DNA of 64,000 nucleotides from a virus. The translations under genes and the position numbers were made by a program. Within the stretch, counting starts at the first letter, position 1; each line of letters starts with the position of its first letter. The DNA lies in the IMG/VR virus record IMGVR_UViG_3300023274_000002, positions 6,633 through 70,632 of that record. One strand, 5' to 3'. Below, piece by piece: positions 9,444 through 19,850 of the stretch. Below the pieces are notes generated by a model. The model had not been told where the DNA came from and made no database searches. It was given only the letters and a program-made list of their open reading frames with translations.

Positions 9444-9773
9444 TCACGGGCCCGGCGCGATCAGGCTGGAGCCGGCCGGCTCCTCGGGGATCGCCTGCTC
9501 GGCGCCGTGCTCGCGGAAGAACGCGTTCATCGACAGGATGTTCAGCGCCACCTGCACCTGCTGCATCTCGTACGGCCCCAGAAGATCCTGATGCACAGCC
9601 ACGTGCAGGGCGAACGACTGGATCACCTTGCCGCTGACCGCCTCGGTGATGTGGTTGGTGACCGTCCGGATCCGGTGCTGCGTCGCTCGCTCGATGTCCA
9701 GCCAGACCTTAGTGCCGTCCAGCAGATCCACCATCTCGCCGTGACGGTCGCCACCGATGATCAGCGCCTTCAT
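9444..9773 (-). CDS. hypothetical protein
   Basis: MKALIIGGDRHGEMVDL, AAGGAG SD. Confidence 0.6.
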   Translation of the reverse strand: MKALIIGGDRHGEMVDLLDGTKVWLDIERATQHRIRTVTNHITEAVSGKVIQSFALHVAVHQDLLGPYEMQQVQVALNILSMNAFFREHGAEQAIPEEPAGSSLIAPGP

Positions 9774-10195
9774 GCCGTCTCCTTGCTCTTCACCCACACC
9801 GGCAGGCCGGATACGGACTGCCACTTCGCCAGCGAATCTCCCGCTTCCAGCCGTTCGCCGGCAACCCCCGACGTGGGAACGGGGGCAGGACCGAGATCGT
9901 CGCATCCGGCCGGGTAGAGCGTGAATCCGTCCGGCCCGAACGCGACCATCGAGCCGGCGTGGATCGTCTTGCCTGCGGTGTACGTACCGACACTGGATCC
10001 GCCGAAAATCGTCTTCTCGGCATCGGTCCGCGACACGCCTCGACGGGACGGCGCCGCCAGCAGCCGATCGAGTACGAGATCGATGGCCTCCTTGGCCAGC
10101 GCGTCACCCGGCTCCAGCGCCCACTCCACCTCGACGCTCTCGGGCATGCTGCCGTCGGTGGCCGGATAGGTCGCGCTGATGCGAACAGTGCTCAC
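9770..10195 (-). CDS. hypothetical protein
   Basis: Coupled ORF. Confidence 0.5.
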   Translation of the reverse strand: MSTVRISATYPATDGSMPESVEVEWALEPGDALAKEAIDLVLDRLLAAPSRRGVSRTDAEKTIFGGSSVGTYTAGKTIHAGSMVAFGPDGFTLYPAGCDDLGPAPVPTSGVAGERLEAGDSLAKWQSVSGLPVWVKSKETA

Positions 10196-10464
10196 TGCTC
10201 AGCCTCCTTCGGCGTGACCTGCTCGACCTCGCGCCACGGCGTCGCCTCGGTGACCACCGTGCGCTCCAGAATGACCACCTTGCTCGCCGTCCTAGCCAGG
10301 CCCGACCGGATCAGGCTGAGTGCCATGCTTCGCAGGGGATCCTTCTGCGGTGCGCGGCCCGGCTCGCTGTCGGTTATCGTCCCGTCCTCATGGAGGGTGC
10401 GCACGATCGTCTCCGTGCGCTCGGTGCGGCCCTCCGGCACGCTGACCTTGCGGGATTCAGGCAT
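10192..10464 (-). CDS. hypothetical protein
   Basis: AAGGAG SD, coupled. Confidence 0.55.
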   Translation of the reverse strand: MPESRKVSVPEGRTERTETIVRTLHEDGTITDSEPGRAPQKDPLRSMALSLIRSGLARTASKVVILERTVVTEATPWREVEQVTPKEAEQ

Positions 10465-10813
10465 TGCTCGTCTCCTTACTCGCCTTACGGATCGCCTTGA
10501 GCTCGCGCTCGATCGTGCCGTCGTGCAGGTCGGCCGGGCGCCAGATACCGGCGTCAGCCACCCGGCCCAGCGTGCGGAGCCAAACCACCTGCTCGGGTTC
10601 CATCCGGCCGACGTCGGTCTTCAGTTCGCGGTACAGGATGCCGCCCGGGCCGACGATCACCAGATCCGGGAAGCCCTTGCCGTCGCCGGCCACCGCCGTG
10701 TGCCAGCGACCGGACTGCGACAGCGCCGGGCGGAAGTGCGCCGTCGACAAGCCGAGCAGCCGGGCCATGTCGAGTACCACCTTGAGTAGGTGGTCTTCCC
10801 TCATCACCGCCAT
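10457..10813 (-). CDS. VRR-NUC domain nuclease
   Basis: GFPDLVIV..YRELKT..G..EQVVWL..WRP.D (PD-(D/E)xK). Confidence 0.85.
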   Translation of the reverse strand: MAVMREDHLLKVVLDMARLLGLSTAHFRPALSQSGRWHTAVAGDGKGFPDLVIVGPGGILYRELKTDVGRMEPEQVVWLRTLGRVADAGIWRPADLHDGTIERELKAIRKASKETSNA

Positions 10814-11125
10814 GCGAGCCACACCTCGATCCCGATCCAGGCCCACAGGCCGAACATGATGCCGAGGCCGATCAGCACCGCACACAGGGCCAGTCCGTAC
10901 AGGATGCGGCCCATCATCGGGCACGATCCTCGGGCAACGTACCGCCCTGCGCGTGACCCACGTTGGCGATCCAGTCGGCAGACAGGATGACCACGATCAG
11001 CACGGCGCCGACCACCGCGAGCGCGGTCAGCTCGCCGAGCGTCACACCGTCGTGCTCGAGCCCCCAGGCCAGGACCGTGTAGCCGACCACGATCGCCCAT
11101 CGCAGGCCGGTGACCGCGGCCGGGC

Positions 11126-11521
11126 TCACGACTCGACCAGCGGGTAGATGCGGACGTGGATGCCTGCGGCGGCGGCCTTGCGGATGCAGTCCCACGTGCC
11201 GGTCGACTGCGCGTTCGGGAACGCCAGGCAGATCTCCGCGCCCGCGGCGACCATCTCCCCGTTACGCATCATGCCCGCCTTTCGGCCAAGACGCTTCCAG
11301 TCCGCCGGGTGCCCCTCGTTGATCAGGCCCTTGGTCGATGTGGCCAGATTCTCGGCCACCTTGTCCACGCCGCCGTACGGGCACTCGCCCTGCACGACGA
11401 TGACCGCATCGCCGCGGGACATCGGCGCATAGGCCGCTGCATAGATCACGTTCTCGACATACAACGCCTGCTGCTGCGTGCACGACCGCGCGCCGGTCAC
11501 GAGGATGCGGTAGCTCGTCAC
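11126..11521 (-). CDS. SLOG / DUF2493 (YspA-like) protein
   Basis: RILVTGAR..VVQGECPYGGVD..HPADW...G.KAG..RN..MV..GA..CLAFP..STGT. Confidence 0.8.
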   Translation of the reverse strand: MTSYRILVTGARSCTQQQALYVENVIYAAAYAPMSRGDAVIVVQGECPYGGVDKVAENLATSTKGLINEGHPADWKRLGRKAGMMRNGEMVAAGAEICLAFPNAQSTGTWDCIRKAAAAGIHVRIYPLVES

Positions 11522-11895
11522 GGCTTCACCTCGGGCATCGGCAGGTTGTGCTGGCGGGCCAGGTCGCGCAACCGGGCCAGCTCGTCGCGGTCGGCGAACT
11601 CACGCTCGATCGGGGTCCGGAACAAGCCGCGAGACGTGGCCAGACGGTAGACGCCGTAGACCAGGCCGACCACTGGCCAGCAGAGACCCAGTGCCATACC
11701 GCTGGCCATGCACACACCGCGGTTCTCATCCGCTATCTTGGCTGCCCCGTGCGCGTTCGGGGGGTACAGGCGCGGATATCGCCTCATATTGCTCCGAACG
11801 CTGGCGTCCAGGAACTGAACCGACAGCCACCTGCCGTAGACCAGCCAGACGGCGATATAGATCCCCGGGATACCCCACTGGATCAAGGTGCCCAT
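11518..11895 (-). CDS. membrane protein
   Basis: Two hydrophobic segments. Confidence 0.55.
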   Translation of the reverse strand: MGTLIQWGIPGIYIAVWLVYGRWLSVQFLDASVRSNMRRYPRLYPPNAHGAAKIADENRGVCMASGMALGLCWPVVGLVYGVYRLATSRGLFRTPIEREFADRDELARLRDLARQHNLPMPEVKP

Positions 11896-12330
11896 CAGTC
11901 GTCAGCCCCGTTCCAGTCGATCGACTCCCAGAGGTTGCGGGCGCGGTCGCTGGCGACGGCCAGGATCACGCCGATGCCGACGCCGGCCGCAGACCCGACG
12001 GTGACCGCAAGTACGACGATCACGGCGAACGACTTGCGGCCGATCATTGCGGTCGTCCGGGATGCGGAAGGGGCATCCTGCGGTTGACCGAGCGCAGGTC
12101 CCGGCACTGTTCGTCACCGGTCGCACCGCAAGTCCGGCAGGCCTGCGGGTCTGCGGGCGGGTTTGCGGAGCCCGGGTCTGCGCCCCACTTGCGGGGCACG
12201 CACCGATGCTCGGCTTGCGGGATCGGCGACGGGAACGGCCACGTCCCGTTGCAGAACTCGCAGCGCCAGAACGAACCGTCGCGATGCACCCGGTGATTGT
12301 CCAGCACCATGTCGACAGTGCCGAGGATGC

Positions 12331-12732
12331 TCACCACGGCAGATCCTCCATCCCGCGCAGCTCGGCCAGCTTGTAGGCGATCTCCTTGTCGGTGCGATGC
12401 GGCGACGCCAGCCAACGCCACAGGTTGACACGCTGGCCGGCCGGTAACTTGCGCATCGCCAGCGAGCGCAGCTCGGAACGCATCGCGGTCCGGTCCCCGG
12501 CGTCGGCCCGGTGCTGCGTCAGTGCGGGCGACCTCCTCGGCGCGTGGAAGCCCTTGAGCGTCTTGGCGAAGAATCCGTCGCGCCCGTTCTCCGGCTCGAC
12601 CCACGACTTCAGCACGACGCACTTCTCCCACTTCTTCGCCCCGCACTCCGGGCACGGCCGCGAAATCGGGCCCCGCGTCGGGGTGGCCACCGCGACGGGG
12701 TTCTGTCGGCCCTTGCCCCGATGGGTCTTCAC
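12331..12732 (-). CDS. zinc-finger-like protein
   Basis: CPECGA..C..FH.PR. Confidence 0.55.
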   Translation of the reverse strand: MKTHRGKGRQNPVAVATPTRGPISRPCPECGAKKWEKCVVLKSWVEPENGRDGFFAKTLKGFHAPRRSPALTQHRADAGDRTAMRSELRSLAMRKLPAGQRVNLWRWLASPHRTDKEIAYKLAELRGMEDLPW

Positions 12733-13088
12733 GACGTGACCTCCTGGGCCGACTCGGGCGGGGTGTCACACCGGGTCAGGTGCTGCACGTGAATCCAGTT
12801 GCCGTCAGGCATGATCCGCATCGCCGTCCGGGCGTGCCCGCACGCGCCGATCATCACGGTGGCCGCCCGGGCGCGCGGCACCTCAACCGGCAGTACCGCG
12901 GCGACCGCGGCCCACGCCTGCGCCGAGTGCGCCCGGGCGATGCCGGCGTCCGGCGAGATCGTGTTGTCGGCCGACGCCGACGCGCACTCCACGGCCTTGC
13001 GGATCGCCTCGGCCCGGGTCGGCGGCCGGTCCAGGTCCCACCGGCCGGCGTCGGGGTTGTAGGTCCATGGCTCATCGGTCATCGCCAC
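12729..13088 (-). CDS. hypothetical protein
   Basis: Coupled ORF. Confidence 0.5.
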   Translation of the reverse strand: MAMTDEPWTYNPDAGRWDLDRPPTRAEAIRKAVECASASADNTISPDAGIARAHSAQAWAAVAAVLPVEVPRARAATVMIGACGHARTAMRIMPDGNWIHVQHLTRCDTPPESAQEVTS

Positions 13089-13310
13089 ACCGCCCTAATC
13101 CGCACGCCGTCGCCCGCCGCGTGCCGGCCGGTGTGCCTGACCGGCCGAGTACACTGCCACGATCGATGAAGGCCGCCCGTGGGGGCGCGACTGGCGCCGA
13201 TGCCCGTGTCTACCCGCCAGCATGCGGGGCGGTCGGGCAGGCCTCCGGGGGTCAGGTCCAGAGGGAGGCGGTTGTAGGCCCACACCTCGCCGATCGAATC
13301 CCATTCGCGT

Positions 13311-13562
13311 TCAGGCATCGTCGATCTCCCCCGTGTAAATCTCACCGAGGCGGACGACGAGCTGGTCCGACAGGCTGTCGTAGTACAGCGGCTCCCGCGC
13401 ACCATCGGCCCGGAGATCCGGATCGATCGTCTCGTCATCGGCCAGCAGTCGCACTGTCGTCTGCTGATACGTCTCCGTACCGCCATCGTCGAGGTGCACG
13501 AGGAACGTCAGGTCGTTGTCCCGGCGCGCCAGCAGCAGCCGAGCCAGCTCGTGGCTAGTCAT
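13311..13562 (-). CDS. hypothetical protein
   Basis: MTSHELARLLL, coupled. Confidence 0.55.
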   Translation of the reverse strand: MTSHELARLLLARRDNDLTFLVHLDDGGTETYQQTTVRLLADDETIDPDLRADGAREPLYYDSLSDQLVVRLGEIYTGEIDDA

Positions 13563-14091
13563 CGGTCGGCCCCATCACTTCGTCACCGAGCGGCACGCCC
13601 GTGTCGGCGTGCAGCCGGTAGTCGTCGAGCAGATCGTCCAGCGCATACCAGGCTTCATCGATATGGCCCGAGTCCGGACCGTCGTGCTCGTCCCGCTTGC
13701 GCTTGAGCCACACCTCGACGTCGCTGCCACGGCACGGGACGTGCGGGTGGGGCATCGCCAGCACGGCGGTCAGGCCCTCGCGGATGCCGCTGTCGTCGTG
13801 CTGCACGAAGTCGATCCGGCTGTAGATCTCGTTCACCATCTCCGCGGTGACCCCCGCCCGGTCGATCGCCTCCAGTTCATCCAGTCGAGCTCGGCCGGCC
13901 GAGGTCAGGACAACGCGAATGATCCGGTCACCGTCAACGTGGGGGGCGAATCCGATCTTGCTCGGGACCTGCCACGCCTCGGTGATAAAAGACCCGATCT
14001 CCTTGTCGCCGATCCGGTAGGCGCTCGCTTCCCTGTCCCATACCAGCTCGCCGGCCGCGGCCGCCCGGATCAGGCTGTCCACGTCAGGCAT
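13555..14091 (-). CDS. hypothetical protein
   Basis: GAGGA SD, coupled. Confidence 0.55.
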   Translation of the reverse strand: MPDVDSLIRAAAAGELVWDREASAYRIGDKEIGSFITEAWQVPSKIGFAPHVDGDRIIRVVLTSAGRARLDELEAIDRAGVTAEMVNEIYSRIDFVQHDDSGIREGLTAVLAMPHPHVPCRGSDVEVWLKRKRDEHDGPDSGHIDEAWYALDDLLDDYRLHADTGVPLGDEVMGPTDD

Positions 14092-14634
14092 CCTCGTCCT
14101 CCCGGGTGATGAACGAAGCCAGCTTCTCGGCCACCCCGCGGTCGGTGATTAGGCACCCGCCGAGCCACAGGCCGTCGGTGTCCCATCGGGCGATCAGCTT
14201 CCGGTGGTTGGCGCCGATCACCAGCGCCATGTGCGGCGTGACGTCCTCGTACGTCTGCGGCACGTCGGCGGCCACCTCGTACGTGTTCAGCGCCTGATGC
14301 ACCTCGAACGCAGCGGCCGAAGCGCGCAGCGCGGTCACGCCGGCCGAATCCACGCGCTCCCACTCGGTGGCCAGCCGGGCCCGGGCGTCAGCCTCCTCGG
14401 CAACGGCAACCGGGCAGTCGTCGCAGCACTGGATGTCCTCAACGCCGTCCGGGTCGTGGTCGGGGCAGCACAGCTCGGGCATCGGCCATCGGCACCCGCT
14501 CACCGGACACGGCGAGCCAAGCGTGTGTGCATGCTGCGGCTCGGTCGGGATGTGCTGCGCGGCGGCGGCCGAGCCGACCACGGCGGCGGCCACCTGCATC
14601 AGCGAGTTGCCGTCGCCGCGGCCCTTGCGGTACC

Positions 14635-14850
14635 TCACGACGCATCTCCGATCTTTGCCCGCAGGTCCGCTGCCAGTTGAGGGAGATCCGTCTCGCAAGC
14701 GTCGGCATATGCAGCCACCGCCGCGCGTGCATATGGATCATGCACGTAGTCCAGAACGAAGTAGCCGGCATCGGCCTTGTCCCCACCGGGCCTATCGCGC
14801 CGATCCAGACGCTCGACGTGGAACTTTGCGCGCAGTCCGTCGTTCGTCAC
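14635..14850 (-). CDS. conserved small phage protein
   Basis: KFHVERLD..YFVLD..HDPYARAAVAAYA. Confidence 0.6.
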   Translation of the reverse strand: MTNDGLRAKFHVERLDRRDRPGGDKADAGYFVLDYVHDPYARAAVAAYADACETDLPQLAADLRAKIGDAS

Positions 14851-15251
14851 GACCGGGCCTCCTCAACGAACTCGGGGTGCTGACCCTTCATGTGGCCCGC
14901 CAGGTCAGCGAACGTCCGCGTGCAGCATGGGCAGGTGCCGGCCGCCGCGCGCTTGCGCAGCTTGGTCAGCTTGCCCTTGGTCGCCGCATGCGAGCGCCGC
15001 TCCGCCTCGGCCTGATCCCGCGCGGCCTGCGCCGACGTGTTGGCCCAGTCGCGCGCCCGCTCGGCCTGCTTGAGCCGCTGCTCCAGCATGTTGCCGCTGT
15101 AGACCAGTGAGTGACCGTTCGGGCACCAGAACGTCTTGCCGTCGTCGTGCCGCGCCCGATCCCATTCCGCCGGGACGCCGAACGTGATGCCGCAGTTCGC
15201 GCACGAGGTGCGCTTGAGCTGCACGGTGATCTGATCCACGATGCCGGTCAC
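14847..15251 (-). CDS. zinc-ribbon / coiled-coil protein
   Basis: CANCGITF..FWCPNGH..CPCCTRTF..HM...H. Confidence 0.65.
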   Translation of the reverse strand: MTGIVDQITVQLKRTSCANCGITFGVPAEWDRARHDDGKTFWCPNGHSLVYSGNMLEQRLKQAERARDWANTSAQAARDQAEAERRSHAATKGKLTKLRKRAAAGTCPCCTRTFADLAGHMKGQHPEFVEEARS

Positions 15252-15439
15252 AGTGGGACCTGATCCCTCTTGCGCCGCTCTGCGCGAACGGCGGCCATCG
15301 TGCACTGGATCGTGATGGTCGCGGCCAGACCCAGCAGCAGGCTGGCCAGCACGTCCGGCAGATCGGCCCGCCACCTCGTCCAGGTGAGTCCGGCGATCAA
15401 TGCCAATGTTGCGATCAACTCGTAGAGCTTGCTGCTCAT
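15248..15439 (-). CDS. small membrane protein
   Basis: Two hydrophobic helices; GAGGAG SD; first gene after promoter 15468-15496. Confidence 0.6.
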   Translation of the reverse strand: MSSKLYELIATLALIAGLTWTRWRADLPDVLASLLLGLAATITIQCTMAAVRAERRKRDQVPL

Positions 15440-15467
15440 CTCGTCTCCTCAATTCCCGGTTGGGTCT

Positions 15468-15496
15468 ACTGTACCCCCATCGCGCCACTACCTCAA
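15468..15496 (-). promoter_or_regulatory. phage promoter TTGAGG-N17-TACAGT
   Basis: GGGGGTACAGT copy. Confidence 0.7.
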
Positions 15497-15615
15497 GCGG
15501 CTGAGAGGCTTTCTCCGGGCCCGGGATCCGCTACCCACCCTGACCCCTGCACGAGGGCTGGCTAGCGGCTCCTGGCCTCACGTGGGGCGGCCGGATGGGT
15601 CATCCTGGCGCACGG

Positions 15616-16143
15616 TCATCCGGCATCGTTGTTTCGTCGCGCGTTGTGTGCCGTCTTCCGGGCGTGCCGCTGCTTCAGCCCCCAGTCCCGCCGGGCCTTG
15701 TGCCCGCGCTGGAACTCGGCGTTCTGCGCTCGCTGACGGCTCCGGACCGTGCTCGTCTCCAACTGCGCACCGAGGGCAGCCGTCGCCAGCCTCTCCGCCT
15801 CGCTCACGCCCAGATCCCGCCTTCCCCGGTAAGCCGACGTCCACCGCGTCGGCACCACGGTCACGAGCGATCCGGGCCGGGTCGGCGGCAGCATCAGCTC
15901 GAACGGCTTGGCCGGCGTCCCCTTCCGGATCGCCAGCTCGACCTCTGCCGCGATCAGCTCCGGCTCGAACGCGTACGCCGTCCACGAGTGCGCATCGTCC
16001 CAGGACTCCATGCCCTCGAGTCTCGGCGCCGGGCGCACCCGGTAGAGCCCGTAGCCCGCCTTGCCCGGCGTCCGCACCCGGCTCTTCGAGATCTCCACCC
16101 CGATCCACCCGGCCATCGTCCGCACCCGCTGCTCGTCGCTCAT
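15616..16143 (-). CDS. hypothetical protein
   Basis: MSDEQRVRTMAGWIGVEISKSR. Confidence 0.5.
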   Translation of the reverse strand: MSDEQRVRTMAGWIGVEISKSRVRTPGKAGYGLYRVRPAPRLEGMESWDDAHSWTAYAFEPELIAAEVELAIRKGTPAKPFELMLPPTRPGSLVTVVPTRWTSAYRGRRDLGVSEAERLATAALGAQLETSTVRSRQRAQNAEFQRGHKARRDWGLKQRHARKTAHNARRNNDAG

Positions 16144-16548
16144 ACCGGCACGTCCCCTTCCCAGATCTCGCCCTTGCCGTCGCACAGCGTGCACTCCGTC
16201 GTGTGACACCCCTGATCACACACGAACTCCCCGAGCCCGTGGCACCCCGGGCAGGTCACCATCACCGGCTCATCGCTCACAACTCCTCCGGATGCGGATG
16301 GTCGGTCCGGTGATGCCAGTCCTCATGCGCCCACTGCTGATCCCCGTACGCATGCTTCTCGTCCGCGATCACCAAGGCGTGGCATCGGGGGCAGGTGGCC
16401 AGCCCCAGCCATTCCCCGGTGCGGCCCGGGGCGCCATCGGGAGTCGGCAGGCTTCCGGTATTGATCGCCGTGTGCATCCAGCCGGCCATGTGCCACCGGC
16501 CCGCACGGCTCGAGTCGGCCATCGCGATACGGAACCACTCGCCTGCCT

Positions 16549-17091
16549 TCACCGCTCGCCCCCGATCCGCTTGAGCCGCTCCATCACCCGAGGGTCCACG
16601 CGCTGAGCAACCGTCAGCCCCGCCCTGGTGGCCGAGGCCCGCTCAGCTCTGGTCCGGTCCATGCTGGCCTGCTTGGCGGCCTGACCTTCCTCCGTCTCGG
16701 GATGTCCGGCGTGCCAGTACCGTTGCATCGTCACCGGACTGCGCGGGCAGATCTTGCACCGGTAGACGTGGAGGTCACCCACCTGCCCGCCGGTCTTCTG
16801 CTCGATCTGCGCCGCCCACAGCAGCGCCTCGTCGCGGTAGTGCAGCCGCACCTTGCCGCACCCGTCACGCCGCTCGGGCTCGACGGCCAGCGCAAGTTTC
16901 TGCCGGGTCACGCGCAACTGCTCGCTCAGGTTGTGCACCTCGGCACGCAGCGGCCCGACCTCCCTGCGCAGCTCCGCAATCCGGCGGTGCGCATCCCGCT
17001 CGGCACGGTCCTTGCGCTCGCACCGCTGCCGCCAGAGCTCCACCTCGGCCCGCAGTTCCGCCCGGCTCGGCCCGAACCACCGCCGCATCAC
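16549..17091 (-). CDS. coiled-coil + zinc-binding protein
   Basis: CGKVR..YRCKIC..WHAGH. Confidence 0.55.
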   Translation of the reverse strand: MMRRWFGPSRAELRAEVELWRQRCERKDRAERDAHRRIAELRREVGPLRAEVHNLSEQLRVTRQKLALAVEPERRDGCGKVRLHYRDEALLWAAQIEQKTGGQVGDLHVYRCKICPRSPVTMQRYWHAGHPETEEGQAAKQASMDRTRAERASATRAGLTVAQRVDPRVMERLKRIGGER

Positions 17092-17494
17092 GACGCGAAC
17101 CCCACGACCGGTGCCGTCGGGTCGATCGTGGTGAAGGTCAGACCGTCACCGAGTTCACGGGGGTACGGGTCGGCGAGCGCCGTTCCCAGCTCCATGCCGA
17201 TCGGCCGCATGCCTAGCCACCCGATCACCGCCCACACCTGCTCGCCCTGCGTCGCCCACAGCGGCCATCCCTGCTGGATCATCTCGTCTCCCGCCCCTCG
17301 GTCATCTTGCGTTCCCACGTGATCGTCGTGATGCCGGCCTTGACCGCGGTCACTGCCCGCCAGTCGGCCGAGCACACCGTGCACGTCCATCCCTCCGGGT
17401 CCGCCCCGCGCCCCGCCGGCCGGCACTCGTGCCCGCCGTTGCCCACCCGTACCGGGCTCCGCTCCATTGCCGTCTCCTCTCGCCCCCACCTAAT

Positions 17495-17745
17495 CGGGGT
17501 ATCAGTGTGGGGGACCTCCAAGCCCTTGGGGGACCAGAATTTCTTGGTCCCCCAGGGGGTAAGCGCGCCGCAAAACAACCTCTATACGCGAGTCAAACAA
17601 CTCTCTTCTTCTTTTTATATATTTTCCCAGCTCACACCGTGTTTTTTGAGATCTTGAGCTTTTCCAAGATATTTGCGCGTGCAATCAATTTTGCGTTCCG
17701 CGCGACACCCCGTGGGGGACCGTGGTCCCACTTGGTCCCCCACGA
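17495..17745. other. putative replication origin (iterons + AT-rich core)
   Basis: Five TGGGGGACC copies (17508, 17527, inv 17546, 17713, inv 17734) flank the most conspicuous AT-rich tract (~17570-17700), right after the helicase-like gene. Confidence 0.6.
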
Positions 17746-17756
17746 AGTTGATCATG

Positions 17757-19289
17757 TCAAACCGGCCTCGACGGGCCCAGCTCGAGATGCCCGTCAACGT
17801 CGTCCGCAGCGATCCAACCCATCGACCGGGCGTGGGCAAGCCCGGCATCGAAGTAGGGCTTGAGCCTCCCGAAGTTCTTCTTCAGCACGTACCGCTTGAC
17901 CCGCTCGAACTTCTCGTCCGACTCGGCCACGGTGCGTGCGATCCGCCGGGCCACTTGCTCCACCTCGGCTGTGACCGACGCGCGCATGACCTCGATCTCG
18001 GTGGCCTCGGTAAGCCTGGCCGTGCGCTTCTCCTCCACCTGGCGCGCCTGCTCGGCGTCGCGGTGCCGGATCAGCCGGTCGCGGATCGCGCACGAGACGC
18101 TCCAGATCATGCCGCCGAGCACCCAGTCCGAGCGGTCCACCTCCCACCGTCCGTCCAGCCAGCAGAGCAGCGCGGCCAGCTTGCACCGCATCAACGGCTC
18201 GTGGGAGTCCATCGGGTCCACCTCGATCTCGCCGCGGTGCTTGCCCCGGGTCTGTGCCCGCAGCCACCGCTTGATCTCGATAGGGAACCGGATGATGCCC
18301 TCGGTCATGCCCTCCGGCGGCAGCACGAGCGGCTCAGGCCACTCGTACATCTCCTCGGGCATCTCGGTGTCCTGCGCGCCGAACCACAGGAACCGTTGCG
18401 GTGTGCCCGGCCCGACGTCGGACAGCATGGCCACCGCCGTGTCGGGCTGGTAGCCGATCACGATGCCGCAGGAGTAGGTGCGCGCCGGCACGAACCGGAA
18501 CCGGTCCTCCGACGCGTTGGCCTGCCCGAGCGTGCCTCCTGACCATGCGGTGCGCAGCGTCGGGCCGATGGTGGAGCCCTGGCGCTCGCGCATCATCTTG
18601 GTCAGGGTCTCGCCCTCGTCGACGAAGAAGAACGCCCGGTGCCGTACGACCGCGCGGACCGTCTTCATCTCCGGCTCGGGCTGCGCGTTGCGACCCCGCC
18701 CCTTCATGACCATCTTGCCGGTCTCGCGCTCCACCATGCCCATGTACGCCTCGGCCAGGCCCTCGCCGGTACCGATCCCCAGGCCGTCGCGGAAGATCTC
18801 TTGGTCGGCGTAGCCCGAGTCGTCGGTCAGGTGCGACGGCAGCCGGACCAGCGTGCTGGCCGCCCCGTACGCCTCGCTCTTGCCGATGCCCGACGGTGCG
18901 AGCAGGCACGCGAACAGGCTCAGCGTGCCCGGTGCGCCCTTGCCCGAGTCGAACAGCACCTCATGGCCGGCGGCGCCCGCGGCTCGGGCCAGCACGCAGG
19001 CGAGCACCGCGTCCGGGTGCGTCTGGCTGGCCCACGCCGCCTGCCGGACGGCCTTGAACATCTCCCGCGCGCCCCAGAACTCCTCAGGCAGCCGGTACCG
19101 TGCCGCGATCGTCTCCTCCGGCGTCGCGCCGGCCACTTCGGCGGGCGCGATGTGCGGCGCCGTGTTGTCGCTGTACACCTCGTCCGGGTCTATCGGGTAC
19201 CCGTCCGCGTCCAGGTCGCCCGCCCACAGATCGTCAGGCACCTCGGCGTCGGACGGCGTCACGATCGGGCCATCCTTTCCTCGTCCCAT
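17757..19289 (-). CDS. replication protein, DUF3987-like P-loop ATPase/helicase with C-terminal wHTH
   Basis: LLAPSGIGKS Walker A, GTGEGL, FFVDEG Walker B, GTPQRFLW. Confidence 0.7.
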   Translation of the reverse strand: MGRGKDGPIVTPSDAEVPDDLWAGDLDADGYPIDPDEVYSDNTAPHIAPAEVAGATPEETIAARYRLPEEFWGAREMFKAVRQAAWASQTHPDAVLACVLARAAGAAGHEVLFDSGKGAPGTLSLFACLLAPSGIGKSEAYGAASTLVRLPSHLTDDSGYADQEIFRDGLGIGTGEGLAEAYMGMVERETGKMVMKGRGRNAQPEPEMKTVRAVVRHRAFFFVDEGETLTKMMRERQGSTIGPTLRTAWSGGTLGQANASEDRFRFVPARTYSCGIVIGYQPDTAVAMLSDVGPGTPQRFLWFGAQDTEMPEEMYEWPEPLVLPPEGMTEGIIRFPIEIKRWLRAQTRGKHRGEIEVDPMDSHEPLMRCKLAALLCWLDGRWEVDRSDWVLGGMIWSVSCAIRDRLIRHRDAEQARQVEEKRTARLTEATEIEVMRASVTAEVEQVARRIARTVAESDEKFERVKRYVLKKNFGRLKPYFDAGLAHARSMGWIAADDVDGHLELGPSRPV

Positions 19290-19756
19290 GAGCCATCAGT
19301 GCGCACGTACAGGCGACCGCGCGGTACGACCGGATCCGGTCGTGTCGCCTCCCATCCGTAGCGAGCCATCGCCGCGCCGGCCGCGGTCCACGGCGGTCGC
19401 GGCCCGTCCCATTGCTCGGGCGGGCGGCCGTACCGCCGCAGGTGCGCGATCTCGTGCGCCTCGGCCATCTCTGCCATGCGCCGCGCGATTCGGGCGTCCC
19501 GGGTCTCGCGCGGCACGAAGTGCGCCTCGCGCGCCGACTCGAGCTCGGCAGCGTCACCGGCCGTGCGCGCCGCCGCTCCGGCCGCGAACGCTAGTGCCGC
19601 GACGTAGGCGAGCTGCGCCCGACTGAACGTCTCCTGCGTGCGCATCGCCTCGACGGCGTTCAAGGTGACCCCTGCGCTGCGCGGGTACGCATCCGTGTCG
19701 ATCAGCGCGGCCAGCCAGCAGCATGCGTGAGCGGGGGTTCCGTTAGAATCTGTCAC
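19259..19756 (-). CDS. hypothetical protein
   Basis: AAGGAG SD before GTG. Confidence 0.5.
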   Translation of the reverse strand: MTDSNGTPAHACCWLAALIDTDAYPRSAGVTLNAVEAMRTQETFSRAQLAYVAALAFAAGAAARTAGDAAELESAREAHFVPRETRDARIARRMAEMAEAHEIAHLRRYGRPPEQWDGPRPPWTAAGAAMARYGWEATRPDPVVPRGRLYVRTDGSWDEERMARS

Positions 19757-19850
19757 GACAACTCCTTGTGATACTCCGGTGACCAGAGACCCCGCCTGCC
19801 CCGGCGGGGTTTCGCCGTCTGTGCAGCCTATGCAGCGCGGTCCGCCCGGA

